DNA of 64,000 nucleotides from Balanoglossus misakiensis. Its lineage: Eukaryota; Animalia; Hemichordata. The DNA is taken from NCBI GenBank assembly GCA_040954595.2, contig CM082579.2, positions 12,401,834-12,465,833 of the forward strand, read 5' to 3'. The notes under the pieces are model-generated. The model saw only the letters and a list, made by a program, of their open reading frames with translations, searched no databases and was not told where the DNA came from. Below are positions 1 to 60,623 of the stretch, piece by piece; the stretch's first letter is position 1, and every line of letters starts with the position of its first letter. The position numbers and the translations under genes were made by a program.

Positions 1-144
1 AGAGAATCATGGGGTATTTAAATTAGAAAATATTTGCAGGGCCAGGTGCCTCGGAAAACAAAAGAAGAGTTGAGTGTGAAAATTGAACAATAGAAATGTT
101 AATAGGAATGCAGATGTGTAAATGGGGTGGTGGACTGCAAAAAA

Positions 145-845
145 GTGACAGTTATTTGTAGTGTGACATAAAACCATAGTCCCGGTTAAGTCCAACATCC
201 ACACAGTCAAAATGTTCGATTAACTTCAGTTCGTCTACTTCACGATCACGGTTGTTTTTATGATTTGTCTTTTTAGGGCTGTCATGTCAGGGTAAAGTCA
301 GTTATGGAATGTCCTGGTCTGTTGAAATGTTCACTAACGGGTTTGTGTATGTTACCATTCTGTATGTCAAATCCGCTGTTTACGCGTTTCCGCAGTGACT
401 GTCCAGTTTGACCTATATATACAGCGTGTGGCCATTGTTTGCAGGTGAATGCATAAATGAGTTTGGTTGAGTCACAGGTGAAAGATCCTATTATTCTGTA
501 GGTGTTATCATTGGGTCCTGTTTTGACAGTGGCTGTGTTGGTGTGGGGGCACAGTTTGCGCCTTGGTTTCTGACATGGTACAGTTCCGTGCGTTTGGTTG
601 GCGTTGTGTAATTTGCTGCTGATAATCTGTTGTTTTAGATTGGGGGCTGTCTATAGGCGATGATGGGTTTTTCAGTGATGGCTTCCCGTAGTATGACGTC
701 ATCTTGTATGATGGGTTGGGGATTATTGATAATTTTCTGAAGGCTTCTGAGTTGTGGGTTGTAGGTAACTACAAGTTGGACTCTGTTGTTTTCACGTTTT
801 TCTTTATATTTAAGAAGATCGTCACGGTTGATGTGATATAATATG
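145..845 (-). mobile_element. Penelope-like retroelement remnant (C-terminal linker + GIY-YIG endonuclease), degenerate
   Basis: ORF 635-862 gives LVVTYNPQL...PIIAYRQPP (PLE linker). Manual minus-strand translation of ~500-160 gives FTCDSTKLIYAFTCKQW..VYIGQTGQSLRKR...VSEHFNRPGH...ELKLIEHF...GLNRD, the GIY-YIG/Uri pattern, with stops and frameshifts. Confidence 0.85.
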
Positions 846-1969
846 AAATTGATAGATTTCATATTAACATATTACAACGTCACCAAAACCGGAACTATTT
901 TCATGACCTCAGTTTGTAAACAAATGAAAATATTATGCTGCGATGTTGGTGGACGGACTTTGAAGATTGGGAAATACAGGGTTAGAAATAATAATTAACA
1001 GCATTTGTGACATATTGTTCTCTAATGTTTTATTAGTTTGTTTGGTGTCTTCCAACTGTGGCTGGAAAATTTTGACGACTGCCGTCTGCATTTTAAATTT
1101 GTGTTCGATCAAACATAGTGAACATCATTACAGACTATAACTATATTGGTCAATGATTGCAGAAAATAGATGAAAATAACCTGGGTTATCTATCATCCAG
1201 CGATCAAAAAAAATGTCGTAAATGCAATCTAATTGGCCAGGTCGGAATGTGCGCTTTCAACGGGAGCTCCAGTGAGACTTGGTCAGATGTAGTGTGAGAC
1301 GACAGCATAAAAAACCACGTCGAGGTTCCCTACATCTGATTTTAATCAGATTGTCTATCATCCAGCGATAAAAAATGTCCTGCGAACTGAAAATTAACGC
1401 AAACATCCAAGAATCTCTGTTACGTACTAGAGATGCTTGTCCCACATGGCACTGAATAAGTTGTTTTTGCGTAAAAAATAAAAATGCCTCGATCGATGTA
1501 TCCTAGACTCTCTTACAGCCAACTGTTCGCTACAAGGCTCTTCACTGACGCGCCCTCAACCGTTTAGCAAAGGAGAAGCCCCGCATGCAATCAGACCATA
1601 AGCTATGGACGGTGAGAGGGGCTGTGAGAGATTCTACATGGTATCCATACCCTAGTGTGTTTTAGATAGACTCATACACAAAGCACTGGGCGCGCATGCA
1701 GTCAACTCTCGTCTTTTTTTAATATCTGCATGTCAATAGAAGTCAAAATGCGATGTTCTGGCAACAAGTCGTAATATACGATAGCAGCGATAGTTCACAG
1801 GATTGAGATGTTGACTGTTTGAATTCAGAATTCCTATCGGCTCACTCGTCCCTCACTGACGTAATACTCGTTCGAAGTACTGGTAGATTATATATATAAT
1901 TATTCCCCACATCAAAGCTAGTAAGCCTTCACATTTTATTATAAACCTTTCTATTGTTGTATCTTCCAG

Positions 1970-2566
1970 CAAAGGGAAACACTCTTGAATTGCTTTCGAA
2001 TAAAACAGATGTTGCTGTACAAATCGTTGTACCTGATTTGACAGCTGTGTCTACGTGTCTCTGGGTAAAGGGTGATTCAGTAAATAAGATGGCAACGTTG
2101 GTGTCCTATTGTATCAGTGATTATCCCTGTAACGAATTCACCTTGATTGGTGCAACCTCTCTGGAACTTTGGGTCAAAGATACATACGCACATACAACAT
2201 TGGAGGTAGATGATGGAGTGTGGCAGCATATGTGTGTGACATGGTCCTCAAGTGGTGGAAACTGGGCAAGTTACAATAATGGTGATTTGTATCGTAGCGG
2301 TCAAGGTTTAGCAACTGGTCTTACTATAAGAAGTGGTGGAGCATTGGTGTTAGGTCAAGACCAAGATGACCGGAGAAGTGGATATGATGAGTCACAAGCA
2401 TTTGTTGGAAGCATCACTCAATTCAACATGTGGTCCAGAGTTTTAACAGCTGATGAAGTTGCGATGGTAGAACAAGACTGCTCAAAAGGAGGAGATGTAT
2501 TTGCTTGGAATACTAATTCTCTCGAGATGTCAGCCAATGCGGAAGTTGGAAAGAGCAATGTTTGCT
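1970..2566 (+). CDS. Pentraxin (PTX/LamG-like) domain exon of a multi-exon gene; upstream exons not found in the window
   Basis: WQHMCVTWSS (HxCxTWxS signature), GGALVLGQDQD, FVGSITQFNMWSRVLT. Acceptor tcttccag at 1969, donor gtaagt at 2567, phase 1-1. Confidence 0.9.
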
Positions 2567-2612
2567 GTAAGTTATGTTTTTATTCTAATTGTATTACAGT
2601 TATTTGATGTAT

Positions 2613-2755
2613 GCATACATACATACATACATACATACATACATACATACATACATACATACATACATACATACATACATACATACATACATACATACAT
2701 ACATACATACATACATACATACATACATACATACATACATACATACATACATACA
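2613..2755. repeat. (TACA)n microsatellite
   Basis: Perfect tetranucleotide run. Confidence 0.98.
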
Positions 2756-4598
2756 AATAGTAAGTTTTAATATAACTTTTTTCTTGCCTTACAGAATTCA
2801 TAGTTTTGGGCACGTGCGAGGATAACAGAAGTGCATGTTAAGTTTTATTCCTTTTCAGTAATATCTATAATTTACTGATCGAATTGTTTATTGTAGAACT
2901 ATTGATGAAAAATGCATGCTTTCTATCCGTATAAATTAAAGAACATTGATCATTTATCAATTTACATTTTCTTGCTGTGTTTTCTTTCTAAGTCATCTTT
3001 GATATGGGATATTTCAAAATCTTACAAAGAACATCGCTAACAAACAAACACTATTTTATGGTATGTATATTTGGAATGCATATGATGTACTGCGGTTGAC
3101 TGGTAGTATCATCATAGTTCATGTATGTATTTAAAGGTATATCAACAACAATACACATTAAATCACTGCTTCCACGGAAAATTCAAATCTAGCCAATCAC
3201 CGATTTTCAGTGGGTGGCACATGTGAAAAAAGTGCGCCTATCATATGGTCATTCTAATACTTGGACACGACCTTTTGACCATATATTGGCATATGTAAAT
3301 TAGAGATGACCGTAACTATTAAAATGTCATTTGCTGTCATCTATTAATTGCAATTTTCGGTACAAAGATACAAAAAATTGTGTCAAAAAGAAAATGCCAT
3401 AAATAGGATTCTCACACCATTGTCATGAATTCCGTGACAGAGACAAGGAAATAACATCGTTATGATCAATAAAGGGTAGCACAAAGACTGACCCAAAGTC
3501 TACAGCTAAATTATGGGCTAAATTATATAACATTAAAACACACAAAACCCACTCAGACATTGGTGTCAGGAAGGCTTGATTAAAGTCCAGTAAGCCTATC
3601 TATCTAGCAATAAATCCACATCTGCTGCCCCAATGTATACTAGAGGCATACAAGGTGCATAAGACAAACTAAAAATAGCGTCAAGGACACTTGTTGCTCT
3701 CTCAGTGTGTAGTGGATTGTGAGCAGCATGTTTGGAGAATAGGGGTTTGGTATATGGGTGAAAGGAACAATTTACAAAGACCAAGGTGAAATGCTGAACT
3801 GTTTTGCTCATGTAATATTGAATGCAGCCTGATAAGGTGGGTGCTTGGCAAGGGGGGGGGAACCACTTGTCAAGGGCTCTAATAAATGTTTTAAATTTAG
3901 TTTTAAAAATGGTCCGCACGCACAAATGGCCTCACACAAATATATTCTGTCATTTCCCTCTCAGATTTTGTATCTTATGTTATACTGATGGAATTCATTG
4001 CGTATTGTGATATCAAATTGCACCAGTGCAAGGTATGAGAAATGCATTTTGAAAAAAAAACAGTGCAAGTATAAGTACTAAAAGTGAAAGAAATACATTT
4101 TGACAAAAAATATCAGCATTCAGGATCAGCTGAACATGGTATATGAAATAAATTAAAATAGTCATTGCTCTCTGGTCCATCATTTTCAGTAGAAGTGACC
4201 TGATTTCACATCAATAGTTTACTACCCGTCATTTCTACCTAATTTCATGTAGTACAAAACTCCGACAGACTATTTGTTGGCATACTGAATACCGACTTCC
4301 CAAACTTTATTAGACTCACGTTTATTCTATCAGGTCAACTTCAAAAAACATGAGAAGTAATTTATGCAAATATATCCGAGCTATATTTAGGCACGCGTAC
4401 ACAGTGAGTACATGGCCGCAGCATGTATTGGCTTCTAATTTACATATCAATAACCGAGTCATCAGTTCAATGAACTTTATTATTATTAATCTTTATTTCA
4501 GACACAACCGTCCATAGATATTAGTTATAAAAAAAAAAAACTGGCAAAAAACACTAGAAAACTAATAAATAAAATAAGTTAAAAAAAAACACTCTTAA

Positions 4599-6183
4599 AG
4601 TGAACCGACACCTTCCTTGTAGAGAGATTCTAATAAAATCTTTGTGAAAAACATGAGTGATTTGCGTCGTTTTTATTCACTTTCACTTATCGCACAGCAG
4701 CGTAGCGTCGATCTCGATATACAGTGTGACGTCACAGACTAGTCACCAGTAGCAGACGCCACCGTGCGCACGCTAACGTACACAGACAGTTGACATGGCT
4801 GGCTGCCCCGCAAGTGGGAGCAAAAACAGAGTTGGCAAAAACACGGCGAAAGGTTTTATAAAAGTTCCCGACCCTTCGGTGGACAGTCAAAATGCAAATC
4901 GACCTGGAAAATGGGTGTCAAACATTGGCATATTATTTCGGTGCTTATTGCTGAGACAGCTGATACCTTTGCTTCGGAAATGTTCGTGTTCAACTAGGCC
5001 CATTTCCAAAGACACAAACGGAGTTTTCAAACGAAGATATCGTCGGATTTTTGTACGAACCGGAATACAGCAGCGATGAGATGGTAGGTGACTCAAGTGA
5101 AACTGATTCCAATAGTACAGAGGCAAGTGTAGACAGCAAAGATGATCGAGAAGAGTGATCGGCTTCGTCTTTCATCACGCTCATGGTGTAGCTGCGCTGC
5201 GGTAAATGCGAAGTTATTTCTATTGTCATGAAATAGATGTCTTGACGAGGCCGTTAGATAAAGACTTGAACGACATATCACGAAGCCATGCGATAATTTT
5301 TTGACATTTAGTCACCCATGTCATAAAAGGGATCCCTATTGATTTCCCGAAAGAATAGAAAGTAAACCTATTGACACTCTCGCAAAAATGTCTACCACAC
5401 ATGTCTACCATCCTTTCTTTTAAAACAAGTACGTTGATCAACAGCTGTGAAAAGATGCGGCTTTGTTGATCAAAGGGAGGCAGAAACTCCGATTGTCAAG
5501 TTTCAAGTACATCTGTGGTGCTTCCAGATGGTAGAGGTGGTCGTTTTTGTCTTTGGAAATGGTTTTGCGATGCATTCACAGCTTGGGTACGCGACAAACA
5601 CAGTGTTCACTAGTAGGCCTAATTCCGCCACACTACTTTCTTCCGATCAGAGTTTTGATTCACAGTGCCAAAAATTCGGTTTCGTCATATGGTGATCAAA
5701 GGAAATCAGGAGCCCCGGCTGTTTCGACAATTTTTGCTGTGTAGTTTTTTTTTTTTTTTTGCAATATGCTTCACGATATAGGGCCTAGTTGAACACGAAC
5801 ATTTCCGAAGCAAAAGTATCATCTGTCTCAGCAATAAGCACCGAAATAATATGCCAATGTTTGACACCCATTTTTCAGCTCGATTTGCATTTTGACTGTC
5901 CACCGAAGGGTCGGGAACTTTTATAAAACCTTTCGCCGTGTTTTTGCCAACTCTGTTTTTGCTCCCACTTGCGAGGCAGCCAGCCATGTCAACTGTCTGT
6001 GTACGTTAGCGTGCGCACGGTGGCGTCTGCTACTGGTGACTAGTCTGTGACGTCACACTGCATATCGAGATCGACGCTACGCTGCTGTGCGATAAGTGAA
6101 AGTGAATAAAAACGACGCAAATCACTCATGTTTTTCACAAAGATTTTATTAGAATCTCTCTACAAGGAAGGTGTCGGTTCACT
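4599..6183. mobile_element. Kolobok-type non-autonomous DNA transposon with 403-bp TIRs
   Basis: TTAA at 4595-4598 and 6184-6187, AG...CT termini, near-identical inverted repeats 4599-5001 and 5781-6183. THAP-like start (MAGCPASGSKN...FIKVP...RPGKWVSN) in each TIR; internal FLYEPEY...WCSC/GKC remnant. Confidence 0.85.
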
Positions 6184-6190
6184 TTAAGAA

Positions 6191-8981
6191 TCAATGTAAA
6201 ATGTCCATCCAGTGGGCATGTAGACCATAAAAACGCATATCACATGACACAAGGCGATTGATCAAGACATTGGGACTAGCACAGAGACGAACAGAAAAAT
6301 TAAAAGCGACTTTTCTTCTCATAACGGAGAAGCAGTTTACGGCTTTTGAAACAAATATTTTAGAGGCACTTTCGTGTCCTGGGTGACCAAGTAGTCTTCG
6401 AAGTGCATTGTTGTGGCATACGATGATATTCCGGATGTTGTACAAATTAAAATCGCACCATAAATGAGAGCCATAAATATTGTTACAAAAAGCATTAAAA
6501 AGACGCAATTTCACGTCGACAGAACACGAATTGAACTTTCTAAGGAGAAAATTAGCCCTTCCACACAATGCTCTACGTTGTTTTAGAATGTCCTCATTAT
6601 CAGATAAATCATGAGAGAAAATATGCCCAAGATAAGTAAATTTACAAACAAATTCAAGAGTAGTCTCACAGAGATTAACTGATGGAATACTTGAAAGCTT
6701 AATCGACGATTCAAAGTGCATGCATTTCGATTTTCGCGTGTTATACTTGATATCATGATCTTCAGCGTAGAGTTGACAGATCTGAATCAGCTTTCGTAAA
6801 CCTTTAACTGACGGTGCAATTAGACACATATCGTCCGCGTAGGACAGGTTGTTCAACATAAGTCCTGCTATCTCACAACCTACACCGGCATTTGACAGCC
6901 TTACATTCAGCTTATCAACATAAACATTAAAAAAAAGGCGAAAGAATTCCACCTTGACGTACACCATTTCCCACTTTAAACGAATCAGAGAGAGCATTCG
7001 ACCAGCGAATACAATAACTTTGACAGGAAAACCAATTTCTCAGCAAACGAACTATATAAGTAGGAACAGATCTGTCAATCAATTTCTTAAGAAGAGTCCA
7101 ATGATTGACTCTGTCAAATGCCTTTTTGGCGTCTAAAAAGCAAACAAAAACAGAACTGTGGTTCTGTTTATAGTATCTAATGGTTTCTTTCAGTAAAAAT
7201 ATGCACATGTCCGTACTGTGGGAGCTTTTAAAGCCAAACTGATTGTCAGTCGTATGTAAATTATGTTCGCACCTGTTAAGAATAATATATTCTAAAACCT
7301 TCGAAGTCACACACGTTAAAGCAATAGGGCGATAATTGTTCTTACTGGAGAGATCTGCAGTCTTGTCTTTAACAACAGGAACAAGAATGACCTTCGCAAG
7401 CTTATCTGGTATGGTACCGTGGATAAGAATAGAAGTAAAACAACAAGCGAAATGTATACGTAATTTCCTAGTTGCATATTTCAAGTGTTCAGCACTCAGT
7501 CCATCTGCGCCAGGAGACTTTCCGATCTGAAGTTCAGCAAAAATTTTGTCTATTTCATCTACACGAATATTCAGATTATCAGACGAGGTCACAGATTCAA
7601 TGGTATGCATTACACCAGCTTGATGTTTCGTGTTGTTGACAGAATTGAAAAGCTGCTCGAAGTGACTGCCCCACATGTTTGCGATATGTTGATCACCTGT
7701 GATGTTATTGACAGTGGCAGGTAACGGGGCTCTTTTCTTATTGAGATCAGCAACTGCGGTCCAAAACCGTCGGTGGTCTTTTTCAAGAAGAGCTTGGGCC
7801 ATGCCATCTGCTCGCTTGCGATCCTCTTCTTTTCGGCATTGTCTAAGAGCATATTTAAATTTTGCTCTGCTTTGACGCTTATGTTCATAGACTGGTCCAA
7901 AGCGTGGCTTGGATTCCGATTTCCAGGTTAAATATGCTTGACGAGCCATTTTATGTGTCTCCCTAACTGTATCGTTCCAACCGGGTATTGGATGATATCT
8001 TACGGATTTTTTACCGGCAAGAGAATCACTGCTGGCTTTAATAAGTGCCTCACAAATTGAGTTGTAGTAAGAATCAATTGCTCGATGATGACTGTCATTT
8101 TTTCAGTTACAATTGTTACAGGATAATGCCTCGACAGGAACGTTAATATTTTGCAGGTACCGTTCGGAACTGGTCAAATATTTATTAATGTCCTCGTTGT
8201 TGACAGAGGCCCAGTTGATCCCAGCCCAGGTCGGGTTTGGTCTACCGTACTGTTTGTTGCTTTTTATAGGATGCATATTACACGTGAAAGTCAAGGGCAA
8301 GTGATCAGATGAGAAGTAATCGTTAATGATAGACATGGTGTTGATTGTTTTATAAGCTGCTTTGGTGCACACACAGTGATCAAGCCACGATGTGGATCCA
8401 TGCACATCACTAATGTATGTAAAATTATTCAAGTCCAGACCAAGGCGAGAAACATCTGCAATGACGTAATTGTTCTGGTGGCAAAAAGCGTTCAGTTCTT
8501 GACCAAAACGTTTTCTGGGATCTGCATTGATATCACCAACCACAAATATGTATGGCGTATCTGCATCTTGAATGATGGAATCGATGGTTCCCAGGTAATC
8601 ACAGAAATCATCATAATTTTCACTGCAGTCGGTGGGTAGATAAACACAAATTAGAAGACACATTCCGATATTAGTAGAAAGTTCAATACCAATAATCCTA
8701 GGATCATTGTAAGTTGTAACTTTGACTGAGTCTGAAAACGTTTTGCGCCATAGGATAGCCGTTCCACCATATGGCCGACACGAGCTTATGCCCTTTTCAC
8801 TGTCAATCGCTGACACACCAAAGGCCTGAAAGTCATTATGTATTCCAGAGAGTAATGACAGTTCATCTTTGTATAACCAGTGTTCCTGAAGTAAGCAGAT
8901 ATCCACGGAGTCACATAGTTTTCTCACTTCATCAACAGAAGACTTAACTGAGCGACAGTTGTAGCTGACCACTCTTACCAT
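6191..8981 (-). pseudogene. LINE ORF2 (AP endonuclease + reverse transcriptase), one nonsense codon and one frameshift
   Basis: APE motifs SYNC, LLQEHW, VGDINA, WLDH, SDHLP; RT motifs NYRPIAL, QFGFK, FLDAKKAFDRV, GVRQGGILSP, YADDM, YLG. In-frame TGA at 8103-8105; frameshift in the A-run near 6930. Confidence 0.93.
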
Positions 8982-8992
8982 ACTAAAAGTAT

Positions 8993-9379
8993 TTAGTTAG
9001 GGCGACCGGAGGATCTGAAGTAATTTCTTACCAGCAAACCACGCGGCCATCTTTCAGGACAAATAAGATCGTTGTATGTAGCACCTTTGGCAATTATGTG
9101 AAAGGAGGCGTATGAATTGAACTTTGTCTTCAAAGCTTTACAGTCAATGTCTATGTTAAATGAGGATTTCACATATGTAGTGATCTGACTCGCAGTTGTA
9201 TCGGGGGACAAACGACTGATAAAGATGTTAGCCACATTCTGATGATCAACTCCCATGATAGGACAATTGGACACAGCAGAAGTTCCAATAATTGCTTTGC
9301 GATGGGATTTCTTCCTTGTCACCAGAGTGAATGAATCATTTTTGGAGGATGTGCTATGGGTCGTGTTCAAGATTTTCAC
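8993..9379 (-). CDS. LINE ORF1 C-terminal part (RRM-like)
   Basis: IFISRLSPDTT...YASFHI...WPRGLLVRNY is typical of LINE ORF1 C-termini; it ends 11 nt before the ORF2 ATG. Confidence 0.8.
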   Translation of the reverse strand: MKILNTTHSTSSKNDSFTLVTRKKSHRKAIIGTSAVSNCPIMGVDHQNVANIFISRLSPDTTASQITTYVKSSFNIDIDCKALKTKFNSYASFHIIAKGATYNDLICPERWPRGLLVRNYFRSSGRPN

Positions 9380-12300
9380 AGCATCGACAAATGATTTACC
9401 TGGTCGTACAGTATTGTGATTAGATTGTTCATTTCGATCGGCGTTTACAATTTCGATGGTATCATCTTCAATTAGATGCGTTGATTTGGCTGGTTAGTCA
9501 CGCACGCATTTTTAAAGCAGGTGATTCAGTGCGTTGTCGGCCGATTTAATCTTTGAAATGTAAAACAATGTAGCAGAACATTGCCTATTGAAGCAGCTGT
9601 AACTTTGCCGATTCAGCGTAGGATTGGATAAGCAGTTTCGCAGTCTTTGTCAACAGCAAGAAGGCCCCTCACGTAATGTAGTCTGAACTGCATGTAGTCT
9701 GAACCTCGCATATCACGTCATAAAGGGTCATACCATGTACAGTTGCGACAGAAGAGGCCAGCTACACCATGCTAAGATCGATGACGAAACGCATTTATCA
9801 CGCACAAACACAAAGTGAGTAATACTGCAACATCAGCTTGGTATTCCGAACTCGAATATTTTGAATAAAACTTCACACTGGCTGATCCGTTCCCCTTTAT
9901 GTCGCCATTCAAATTCTTTCTCAACACCTCAAAACTCAAAGCTACACCCCCGCCAGTAAATGGTATGTATTCTTGACAGGTTGACGGACGGAAGTTGACT
10001 GAATTCTCAATACCAAAGACTCCTCGTAACACTTCTGAGCAAAAAACAAGCCCTCAATGAAAGCAGACATTGCAAAAAGACAAGCAACTAACTATATACA
10101 AGACAAAAGAGGAGGCAGGGAGGGTGTAAAAGCAAACTGCTATGATAAAGTAAAAGCAGCAAGTCTTAGTAGTGGCTGCACTCTTGAATTGCTTTAAAAA
10201 GAGGAGCTTAAGGCTAAAATTCCCTGGTAACAAATGTTGGACGAACCATTGTCTGTGGAATAAACTACCTTTCTCATGTAGCACAAACGCTTAACCATCT
10301 TTAGAGGCTTCCATGGAAAAGGACAAGGCAGGCAACACAGCTGTGACAGGACACAGAGGATGTTTAGGGATTGCAGGAAGAGGTACTCCTATCACGAGTC
10401 TGGATAGTCTGAATGCGGTTCAATCCAAGGTGATTCAGAACACCCTCCCAGTGGTAAACCACAACAGAATTGTGGGAAAGATGTTTGGCGCTATCTAAAG
10501 CCTTGACACAGGGGGCTAAAAACTTTGAACGTCTAAGGAGCCCCCCCCCAAAAAAAAAAAGAAAAAAAAACACACACACGCACAAAACAAACCAACAACA
10601 ACTACAAGCAAGCAGGCTGCCCAGGACACTGAATCGAAAGCATTATTGAAATCTAACTGGCGATAAACTGTAAGCAGCAAATGTTGTTTTGTGGGTAACT
10701 TCCCGGTTGCTGTTGTTCCTTTCTCGCCGACAATTCCCATTAAGACACGTTCCAGTTCGTGTCGTGGTGTGATCCAATATGGTTACATGCAAACCACTTT
10801 CTTACGACATGTTTCAATCATTTGCATTCAAATTCAGTGTGGGTGCAGTGCACTACGATGTAGAGACCATGAATACATGTACTTCAAATTGTTAGAAACA
10901 GTGTCAGCACCCCTTCCAGACATGCATTGACTGATTCCACCTAAATATATTGCTCCAGCAAGGGTAATGTCATTTGAAAATTACTCGTTTTTAATATTTG
11001 CAATCTGGGGTCCGCCAATGATGAATCCTGCGAGAGTCAAAACATTGGGTAAAATTAATGCTATAGTATCTCTCGGATTTCTAAAATAAACTTTTAAAAG
11101 TATTATTTTTTACTTAGTAAACTCTAATACTTCATTTTGCCACATCAAAGCTTCAATGCCGATGGCAAACATCGACACACTTCGACTGTGTGTGGCACAA
11201 GATAATTTGTGCGTGATATCTAGCAACAATTGAAGCCATCGACCTCGCTTCCATTCTTGCGGGACAGATTTTAATCCGGTGTTGTGATGCATGTGTTGTG
11301 ATTTGATTCCTATCTTTGCCGACTTTTATGTGGTAACTGGTAGATAGAGGGCAGCAAGACATGTAAGGATGGTGATGACTTATTTATCCATGTAAATATA
11401 TTTATATCCCTACATATACAACCGCGTGGCGGCGCTATAAAACACAATCTCGGGACTCTTCTGCCAAGGTCTCATTTCGCAGAGCAAAGAACTTGGCAAA
11501 GTATACACAAAGTCAATATTATGTACACCATTGCAAACAATGCGATTGTTATATACTTGGCATTACATTTTCCACCACGGCAAACAAAGCGTCTCTACCT
11601 TTAATCACATTTCTAAGCTACTTTGATACAATATGTATTGGTTGGCAGGGTTCTCCCTGAACAAAAGGGAAAAGTATTGGGTTTATTTTTTTCTACATAT
11701 TTTCAAGAATATATTTATATTTCTGTGAAAATCATCAAGACACAAATATATCATCAAGACACACAGATATGTACACCTTGCCAAAACCATAGTACAATAA
11801 ACATCAAGTTTTCATTTGTAACTTTCTCGCAGGTGAACAATGACCCCGAGGATGTTTACCAAAAGAAGAAATGAACACTTGCAAATTTCTCAGCAAACAT
11901 TCTTATCCATCAAGGAAAGATTACATACATAGATTCTACGCACTGTTAAAGATGGGACATTTTAAAAGATGGCATTTGACCTCGCTTTATACATATACAT
12001 ACGCTTTATAATTTAAATAAACGACAATTTACATGTGAAGTTTCCTTGCATTTATGTTGTTTTATTTTTCAAATACATTCCGTAGATTAATATGAAAGAG
12101 GAGACTTGCCCTGTATATCATCTTCACATTTCATATATATTTTCGAGATTTTGTTTAACATTCCAAAACAACGGGCTCCAGACCAGTACAAACTCCTGCA
12201 GCACAATTTCAGAAGATCTGTCATCTATAAGACATCCGATGTGTCAACAATGAAATTGTATAATCATATCTGCTTAGCAGTAATGGCCATGGTGTACTTA

Positions 12301-13544
12301 TAATCAATTGCAAAAAAAATTATATTTATGATTTTTAGCTTAAGAGTGAAATTCCCTTTGTCAACATCGTAAAAAATGTGAGATTAGCCAAAAAGTTGAG
12401 TTTTCCATTCATTGCTAACATGAATAATTGACGAAGCCTGGCAATATTATTTTTATAGTGGCCTGTGTCTATTCCAACCTCTAGCAGACCTCGATTATCA
12501 TGTGGTTCTGTACGATGTACAGGTCACTATGTTTGCTAGGCTGAAAGATTCAGTCGTGTGCGGGCGCTCCGGCAATGCCTGGTTCCTTCTGGAAAGGGTC
12601 TTTTGGGACGAGCCGGAGCGCCCGCACACAACATAATCTTTCAGTCTATGCGTGTGCGTGCGAAAGTTCGGAAGGTGCAATGGGCACTGTCAGGTATTGA
12701 ATACACGGTTTTCTGCACAGTGGTGCACGAGTGTCTCTTATGCCATCATGCAAGCTAGTGCCTTTCTTGCCAGTGTTTCATGCGCACATAAAAAAATTCA
12801 TACTTCTGCATTGCAAATATGTTTGTGCTGTCACTGGTGGCGCCCTCACACTTCGTCAGGTTTTCGCGGGCATGGGTTTTTGAACGAGACCGTCAACATG
12901 TTGTTGCTACCCTTGAAAGTTTGATCAAACACTTGCGCGCGATTGCCACCTAGTTTACAGAGAACTCATGGTACAAATAACGACTTCAACAATGTTGTAT
13001 GTTTGCAGTCATTCTGGCGTGTAATTCTTTCACACATAAAATCTACACGGCTTGAAAGTATTTCTAAAATGTGCATGAATAGTAGCCGCAAAGACAAGCT
13101 CTATAAATGACAAGCATTGTGGCAACCGGACGGAAATACAATGGACGTATTTAACTGTAAATGAATTTGATTGGAATGTTGCGTGCATGAATATTCTCCA
13201 GTATGATAATTGGATGATTTTTTCTAAAGATTTCACATCTTAATTAGTTTCGAGTCGTACCAATGCTCCATGTATAATATTGGTATAATATTGGTTCAAT
13301 CCCGGTATCTTTGTTTTCTAATGAACCTTTTACCTCGTCATTTTTCATTTATCTATATTATATTTCATCACGTGTAAAAGCCTCATTCAAACTCTTCAGC
13401 AATTAATTACCCGGTTACAAAGTGATTTGAAAGTAAACATCGGGTTATTTGATAATTCTTATGGAATTAGAAGTTCACTAATATCAGGCAAAGCAAAAGC
13501 TCACTTCCACGCACGAATAATAGTTCTATATCTACGATGATTCG

Positions 13545-60623
<47,079 letters not shown>

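Larger units (their letters stand above)
4477..9490 (-). mobile_element. Non-LTR retrotransposon (LINE; 5'-truncated ORF1 + APE-RT ORF2), 3' UTR split by a DNA transposon; clade not assigned
   Basis: ORF1 C-terminus 8993-9379, ORF2 6191-8981. The 3' UTR resumes left of 4595 and ends in GTCTGAAATAAA followed by a short (TAA)n tail at ~4477-4500. The 5' boundary is approximate. Confidence 0.88.

Noticed and set aside
1504-1636. Short imperfect inverted repeat (tagactctcttacagcc / ggctgtgagagattcta)
   Set aside because: Possibly an old MITE, but there is no clear TSD and it is too degenerate to call.
2495-2825. ORFs made of IHTY/MYVC repeats (also at 47041-47512 and 59915-60666)
   Set aside because: Translations of (TACA)n and (CA)n microsatellites; only the embedded true exons were kept.
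9770-10500. Short ORFs in coding-like sequence between the LINE and the giant gene
   Set aside because: No diagnostic motif or consistent splice pattern found.
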